Made by a program: the position numbers and the translations under genes. This document shows positions 56,803-64,000 of a DNA stretch of 64,000 nucleotides, piece after piece. Source of the DNA: the human T2T-CHM13v2.0 reference genome, Homo sapiens; assembly GCF_009914755.1 (NCBI RefSeq), contig NC_060927.1. The stretch is one strand, 5' to 3'. The first letter of the stretch is position 1. Every line of letters begins with the position of its first letter. The notes beneath the pieces were generated by a model, which ran no database searches, had not been told where the DNA came from, and saw nothing but the letters and a program-made list of their open reading frames with translations.

Positions 56803-59268
56803 TCTCCAGGAAGGCCTGTGAGTTCTACCTAGGATGAGTCATCTGATCTTTAAGCATCTCACTAGTGTCAAATTCAGCAGGGCTTCATTGAGCACCTCTT
56901 ATATGATAAACACTCTGCTAGGTTCTACAAGATAAAAGGAAGTGTAAGATGAGTCGATTCCCTTAAGAGCCATCTAATAGTCATGTCTGACACATGAAAT
57001 AGACCAGAAGAACCACGTATAGGGATCATAAATTCTATAAGAATTCAAAGAAAGGGGACTTTAGATGAGTCCTAGAGTGGAGGAACTCTCTGGACTGGTT
57101 GGATAGTCAAAGGGCTTTGTGTACTGTAATGTGTGGAGTGGTGGTTTCATTGCAGGTCTTACTGCAACCCCCACAGAGACCTCACCTTCATTCACCTATG
57201 ATAAGCAACGTCATTGGGCAGAAGAGGACTTATATCTTTCTGGATGCTTCTGAATCCCAGTTTCCTCTAAACCCATGGATGACTTCTTAAGTATTTCTTT
57301 CCCAAGTCTCCATGTGACACCTACACTTACAATGACTCTTTTGGGGGACAGTTCCAAAGAAAGCATACAAAAACTTCACGTACATTTTGAAGAAAAAAAA
57401 ATGGGGTTCTAGCAGAGATGGCCATTGGTGATAACAGGTTCTTCCCTCCTCCCCTGTACCTGAATGGAATAAATCTGGAGGATTTAGTTGACCCTTAGGC
57501 ACCAACCAGGACAAGCAGGGTAGGGAGCCATTTCAGGGCCTATGAAGCCGCAGCAGCATTGGTCCTGAGTGAGGTGGTAGCCAAAAGAAGGGTGTGACTA
57601 TGGTGGAGAAACCTCCATGGGGCGGAAGCCCCAAGACCTGCATGACCAGGATAAGTTCACCTCCTCAGTGCTGCATGGACAAATTATAACTGCTCTGGTG
57701 AAGGGGTCATTTTGATGCCAGTTATCTATGTCCAGAGTCCAGGTAAGGAGGGGGTGGACTAAAGTCTAGCAGTGGAGACAGGCCATGCCTCAGGGAATCC
57801 CTACTTTAATAAATAAATTAGAAAGGAAACAATTACAAAGAAATGATGGTCTAGGATCATAGTGAAAGAGGATACTCAGGTGAGGCTGACTAGGCTTATT
57901 TACCCTGACATAGCCCCTTTTTCCTATAGTAGGAGAGTTTGAGCATTTCCAGAACATGGGAAAGGCATATCTTGGAAATGCCCCCACCTTTTCTCTGCTC
58001 CCACCTTTTCTCTTGTCCTACAATGGGTGGGTGAGAAACCTTGGCATACTCTGCAGAGAATAACCAAGCAGTCTTTAATTCCGTTATCTTGGATTCCTGG
58101 ATATGGGGACAGTTTATAGAGGAGTTCATTGGTTGGGGAATACTACCCACAGTCCTAGGTGGCCTCCCCACATCCCCCCAGAAGTGGCTTCACCTGGAGT
58201 GGACCAGAAGGGCCCACCATGGGCCAGAATAGCGGGAAGCAGAAAGTACAGCCAGCTCTCAACTGTCTACACATGGTGGGGAGCGCTGGCCCAGATAATC
58301 CAAAACAACAGATGATCTAAAAGTCCTTTATTTTTGGTTTTGAAATGCGTCACATAAAGTCTTTTTACAGCAGATTTTCCTTCCTATGAATGTGTGGCTT
58401 ATGTTATTAAAATAAATTGGCATTTCCCAAGCCCACAAATGATGGTGAGAGAGCAGTTGACTTAGAAATGTTCTGGATGGGAGAAAATACTTTTTATGAT
58501 GAATAGACATTGTGTGTATACATGTGCACATGCATGGGTACTTGCATACACACACACATCCACATACATTCACACATACACCAGAGTGCAATCATTTAGA
58601 CCCTTTGAGGTGAATTCGTTATTTGTGGCACTTTGTTCATGTGGTAGGATTCTCAGGCTTTCAGTTTCCCTGTCCCCTGATGCCATTACTTCTCCACAAG
58701 CAGCATCAGGGTATCTTTTATAAAAGCCCCCTGGGGAAAAGCTGTCATTTCCTGTGCTAATTCACCCAACTCCAACTCCACATCTCCCCCAGCTTTTCCT
58801 GGCACAGACCTTGCAGCCTTCATCAGTTTCCAGACATGCAATCCCTTTTGGCCATGGCTGTGGGCTTGGTACAGGATGGGGGCACAGTTCTACAGCTGGA
58901 GAGCTGAAAGAACATGGGGACAGCTGTGTGGTCCGGGGCCCAGGAAGGGGTCTAAATGCCAGGAGTGCACTCAGGAGATGGCCTTAGCTGACACACAGAA
59001 GCACAGCTGGCTCCAAAGCTGCTGTGGAACCTGTGACTGTTCACCAATCTTTGAGAAAATGCCTTGGCCTTCTGTATCGATAAGAAATCATTATAAACAT
59101 GCATGAGATCCTCAAAACCCAGCCAGATGAAGGCAATAAATTCCTTCTCCACACCCAGGAGTTGAAGGTCTAATATCAGGAATTTCCCAAAGTTAATATC
59201 CCCTGGAGACAATATTCCACACAACCTGTTTTCTTGAACAGAAGAAACTCAAGTTTAAAAGAAATCTT

Positions 59269-59573
59269 GGCCGGGTGCAGTGGCTCACACCTGTAATCTC
59301 AGTACTTTGGGATGCCAAGGCGGGCAGATCACCTGAGGTCAGGAGTTTTGAGACCATCCTGGCCAACATGGTGAAACCACGTCTCCACAAAAAAATACAA
59401 AAATTAGCTGGGCATGATGGCAGGCACGTGGAAACCCAGCTACTTGGGAGGCTGAGGCAGGAGGATCACTTGAGGTGAAGGTTGCAGTGAGCCAAGATCA
59501 TGCCAGTGCATTCCAGCCTGGGTGACAGAATAAGACTCCATCTTAAAAAAAAAAAAAAAAAAAGAAGAAGAAG
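59269..59573 (+). mobile_element. Alu (AluS-like)
   Basis: Dimeric Alu with poly(A). TSD AAGAAATCTT. Confidence 0.94.
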
Positions 59574-59759
59574 AAATCTTGTCACTTCTGTTTTCTTTAT
59601 AGGCCAGCTGTAAATGAACCCTCATCTTAATTACAGCATGTACAAAAACTTGAATACCCTGAATTTGGGATTATTAAAATGACCTAATCACCTGGATAGA
59701 AGCCTAGGCTCTAAGTAGGATATATATCTTCCTACTGCCTCTTACAGACCCGTTCCCAA

Positions 59760-59776
59760 GTGTGTGTATGTGTATG

Positions 59777-59848
<72 letters not shown>

Positions 59849-59865
59849 TATATACATACATACAC
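59760..59865. repeat. (TA)28 microsatellite (59783-59838) flanked by TG-rich and CA-rich arms
   Basis: About 106 bp of unbroken purine-pyrimidine alternation. Confidence 0.95.
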
Positions 59866-60137
59866 CCCCTCTGCAGCATGGGCTGGAGGAGTTTTGGGGA
59901 AGGGGGTCATTTTGCATTTAGTTATCAACATAGTGATTATGTGTTTACTAAGTGCAAGAAGTGACATCACTGAAAATCACATAGGGCCACTCTCTTTAGC
60001 AGGATAATTTTAGACAAATCCCTGCTAGAAAGTGCTGAGGCGCTGCTCTGCCCACCCAACCGGAAATCCTTGTGTGCTCTAAACCCACAGTGGTTCCCCC
60101 CACCCCCACCCCTGTTTTTTTTCTCTTCTTCCTGCAG

Positions 60138-60240
60138 GGATGGAGTGGAGGATATTGACAGCCAGGGGGATGGGAGCAGCCAACCAGACACCATCTCCAT
60201 TGCTTCTAGGACCTCTCAGAACACAGTGGACAGTGACAAG
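60138..60240 (+). CDS. KALRN: KALRN exon P (103 nt, phase 2-0), last exon shared by Kalirin-7 and the longer isoforms
   Basis: Acceptor ttcctgcag|G and donor AAG|gtagga. Encodes (R)DGVEDIDSQGDGSSQPDTISIASRTSQNTVDSDK. The isoform statement is from prior knowledge of kalirin. Confidence 0.95.
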
Positions 60241-63079
60241 GTAGGACAGAGTCCTAACCTTCCTTCCCCTGAGACTTCTTGATGGCTCAACCACCCCTGG
60301 AGAGGTACCCCTAGAGAATTTCTCTCACTATGGATCCTACCTTCAGGAGCCAGTTGTCTCTTTGTGCCAGCCAAGGAGGAAAGAACAGGGCTGGAGGAGG
60401 CATGTCCCAGCACGAGATCTGGTCTGAGGGGATGGAAGACTGCGGTGGTTCAGGCTGACCTCTCACACTGGGAGAGTTTAACAGAAGTGGGAAGGCTGAG
60501 CAGTGAGGGAGTCTAGGTTTCTTCTCTTTCTGAGATGCCCCACCTGGGCTTCTTGGGCTGCTGTGCCTTCTGGGGGGATGGATCTCAGTGAGGCTGAGTT
60601 GGAATAGTGTCCTGAGACCTTAGTGGCTGTGATTGGCTCAAATTTACAGTGATTTGAGAAGAGCTCATCTCAAAGTTAGACCAAGATTAAAGGTTTGGGA
60701 AATGGCCACAGAGATGCTGTTTGGTAGCAGCCTGTTATCCAAAGGGACTCTAGTGGAAATGATGCTTTCCTCTGGCCAGATTATTGGGGCTCAGTTGCTG
60801 AGAGACAGGAGGACCAGGAAGTGGTATACGAAGGGTGTAGTTGTTGTGTGAGAAAGCCTGGCCACTTGCTTTCTAACATTTTGGAGCAAGTAAGCAAAAG
60901 TTAGTAGCTCTGATGGGAAAGCAAAAGAAAAGAAACTGTAGCAAAGGCTCTGTGTATCTGCCCCAGCTAGGTGAGGAATGCAACCGCCGGAATTTGTAGC
61001 AGGGGGAGGAAAGGGTCCATGTCTGAGCCTACTCTCATTTGCTTACTCTAGAATCCAAAGAGTATGAGATGATCTTTTGTTGCCTGTTAGTGATCTTATT
61101 AATGAAGTTCTGGGTTTCCAAAGACTATTTGTCCCTAGTTTATCCAGACCTAGTATTTTGGCCTGCTCCTTCAGGCTCAGACAGCAGGCTGTGTCATTGC
61201 TTCATCTTAGTTTTCTAAGTTATAGGTATTTCTTTTAAAGATGATCTGCATTCATTAGGATTTTTCCTATTTTTTCTTGCTGGGAGAAAAAAAACCATTG
61301 AGACCTTAGTGTGGGGACTGTGCCCCGAACCTGCTGAAATTATGGTGCCAAATCACCCTAATCATGCTTTAGACTAGTGCTCAAGGTCATTCAAGGTAAT
61401 TCTGACAACTGCCCTCAAGTTTTTAAGCCATTTTCTACTGACTATCAGAGTGGATGGAAAATTAGGTTTTTTTCCACTTGTGAAAACATACAATGAAAAA
61501 CCATTTCTGTAATTTCCTGTCTCCTCTGACCTGTTGTCTAGAAATATAACCTAGTGTTCCTAGTGTATAAAAAGTGTTCCTCTTTAAACAGTCAGTGGGT
61601 GGTAAGTCAAGTGCAGTGTTTCCCATGTTGAGACATAGATTATTAGTGTCATGGTCCAGGGAATTCATCCCTTCCAGCTGCTAATCCATCTTCCCAGCAG
61701 CTCTGACTTTGACACAGACCCCTATGCTAGAGCCATTTGTTTTAGGAAGACCTCAGCTCCAGCTATTCCTTGTCTTTCTGGCAAGGTATGTGGGGCTGGA
61801 CTAGAAGACCTTTGACGGCAGCCATTTTACTATTAATGAGGGGTCCTAGTACTTAGACTTTATTCTACAAGTAAGGAAGCAGGCTCAGAGAAACTAAGTG
61901 AGTCACCCAAGACAATTCTAGTAGTTAGTGGGAAGGCAGGAACTAGAACACAGATCTCCTGATTTTTCGTGTTTTCCCCCACTCTGAAAGTCAAAGCGTT
62001 GAATTCCTGATACTAGGATGAACTCAGCTGGTCAGTTTTTCTGCATATTTCACAGAAACAGTGCTCACATATTCATGTAGAAGCACCCATCATGTGCCAA
62101 GCTCTGTGCTGGATGCTGTAGAGAGATGTGGACTATTTGTTGAGTGTGAATCTCTACTTATGTAGTTTTTTGTTTCATGTCTGTCTCAATAGCCAGGTCA
62201 TTGAGCCCCGATGAAGGCAAGAGCTGTGTCTGTCTGTTTCATTGCCGTACTCCTGACATGCAGCACATAGAGGCTCAGGAGATACTTGTGGAATAAATAA
62301 ATAGAGGGGGCAAAATGGCTGGTCTCAGGAAACTCCAGGATTAAGAGGCAGCTAAAACCAGTGGTCTGAAAGCAGACAGATATATGAACATTGTATTTTT
62401 AAATATGCTAAAGAAAGATCAAATCCCAACTACCTTCTCTGGCCTTAGGAGACATGAGCAGGTCAGGAGATTCTATGTTATGTGTGTACACAAAACCTAG
62501 AAAATTCCTTAGACATAGTCACACTTTCAAAATAAGGGGAAGATCAGTCTAGTACTATGCACTGTAATTTAAATGTTCTTACTCTTCTAACACAAAACAG
62601 TGATAACAGGGCAGCCATGTGTCCTCCGTGACTGCACTTTTCTTCTTCTGTTAAATCACTCATTGGTATGTTTGAACTTGTAGACGTTATCAGCAGTGTC
62701 AGATTTTCCCCTGACTATACTAGATGGCCAGGGAACGCTGGTTTCTAAGTGGTCAGATGAACAGTCTCTGAAAAAAAGGAAAATAATAAAGTGGACTGAT
62801 TCAGGTAAACTGACTCATATTCAACAGAAGGGCAAACAAGGGTGCTGTGGGAGGGGAAGGGGTGGAGACAGCTCACCCAATTCAGACTCATCTAACAGTA
62901 GGCTTCTAGAAAAATGCCCCAGTCTTCCTCTTACAATCCAGAGGAATGACAGTAATAGTTTCCCTGTCTGGCTGAGTAGATGAGGAAAGCATAACCATTA
63001 AAGAGCCATGACACACCAACTTGGGGAGCTGTGGCGGCTCCAGGATCTCCTCCAACCACTCCATGTGTGTTACGTATGC

Positions 63080-63275
63080 TGTGGTGTGGTGGAAGGAGTT
63101 CGATACACCTAGGTTCAAATCCCAGCTCTGACACTCTGTGTCACATTGCATAGGTTACTGCACCTTCGTTTTTCTGTAAAGCAAAGATAATAATACCTAT
63201 CTCACTAAGTCATTGGTAAGATTACATAAAATATTTGCTTGATAACCATTAGACATTCAGTAAAGGTTAATTCCC
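63080..63275 (+). mobile_element. MIR relic
   Basis: CCTAGGTTCAAATCCCAGCTCTGACACT..CTGTAAAGCAAAGATAATAATACCTATCTCA. Confidence 0.75.
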
Positions 63276-63534
63276 ACTCTTACTAGAGGGGAAGCAAAGG
63301 TTTAGATACTATGAATAAGACTGCACAATTATTTGGCAGACTGTGAGGGTCTTTGAAAATGCTTGAGCTAGTTCTGCCCTGTGGTTTTATTGTTTATTAA
63401 CTGTCAGCAGGTTCTTCTCTGTACTAGACCTAAAGTGATGTAGCTTCAACTCACCTGTCTATAAAAAGAACTTTACTCTCTTTTCCATCTGCTAGCCCTT
63501 AGAATCTAAGGTTTGGATATTTGCTGTTAGCATT

Positions 63535-64000
63535 GGCTCATGGGTTATTTTATTATTTAATTAGTTATAGTCTATTACCGTCACGTATTAATTTTAATGC
63601 TCAAATTGTACCACGTTTTACCAGTGGCAGCCCTTAAGCCTTTAAGTGTTGAAAGATGCTTGTCACATCTTTTCTCCAAATCATCTCTGATTAGAAGTCC
63701 TCAGTTTCTGTGTCTGTTCCTTATATTTATATATTTTTCACATCCAGGTTGCCTTCATCTGGATTTACTCTAGTGTGTAATTTCTACATAAAATGGGTCC
63801 TATAAATACATCTAAATACAAATACATCTAAATATAAATACATCTAAAAGGTACATAATACTGCAGAAGTATTCTAACTAATGTAAACATGGCTCCTTGT
63901 TCCAGGACTAGCTGCTGTGTGCGGATCCTCCTTAAGGTATGCCATGTTTAGCATATGTGTCCAGTGCTGGCTCAGAAAATCTCCATGCCCTTTTTTATGG
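63535..64000 (-). mobile_element. Old L1 (L1MC-like) fragment containing a 16-bp x about 2.8 tandem repeat (63804-63848)
   Basis: TTTTAATGCTCAAATTGTACCA..CCAGTGGCAGCCC resembles L1MC 3' UTR. AAATACATCTAAATA(C/T) is repeated. Extent uncertain. Confidence 0.45.

Noticed and set aside
59704-60007. ORFs with (IY)n or (YI)n runs
   Set aside because: Translation of the (TA)n microsatellite.
60241-64000. Search for the Kalirin-7 terminal exon and for a read-through terminal exon (VGQSPNLPSPETS*, stop at 60280-60282)
   Set aside because: I found no sequence encoding the recalled DGNLVPRW...STYV tail. The exon P donor is normal, and the first clear AATAAA I noticed is about 2 kb away in an L2-like relic.

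Overview
This is primate (almost certainly human) genomic DNA lying entirely inside one large + strand gene, KALRN (kalirin RhoGEF kinase). I traced 16 consecutive GT-AG coding exons from 2721 to 60240. They total 1887 nt and splice with consistent phases into one stop-free 629-aa segment. That segment covers the last spectrin-like repeats, the whole first DH-PH (Rac1/RhoG GEF1) module and the linker ending ...SQNTVDSDK, where the Kalirin-7 and longer isoforms diverge. Neither gene end is in the window, and I did not find the Kalirin-7 terminal exon. The introns hold 19 Alu/FLAM copies, antisense old L1 fragments, MER2/MER3/MER5/MER58 DNA-transposon relics, MLT1 LTRs, MIR/L2 relics, a 16 x 58-bp minisatellite and several microsatellites. 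I see no evidence of a new stand-alone system: the array is not CRISPR, and I found no RNA gene or second protein-coding gene. The most interesting unexplained signals are candidate hidden splicing elements in and around the GEF1 exons: a 31-nt poison-type cryptic exon with a YCAY cluster, a recursive-splice-site-like motif, an in-frame +60-nt alternative acceptor and an in-frame 60-nt cassette candidate. There are also a hairpin-forming VNTR and several small template-switch-like duplications. All of these are read from the sequence only and are untested. Exon letters A-P are my own labels, and repeat subfamily names come from remembered consensus sequences.
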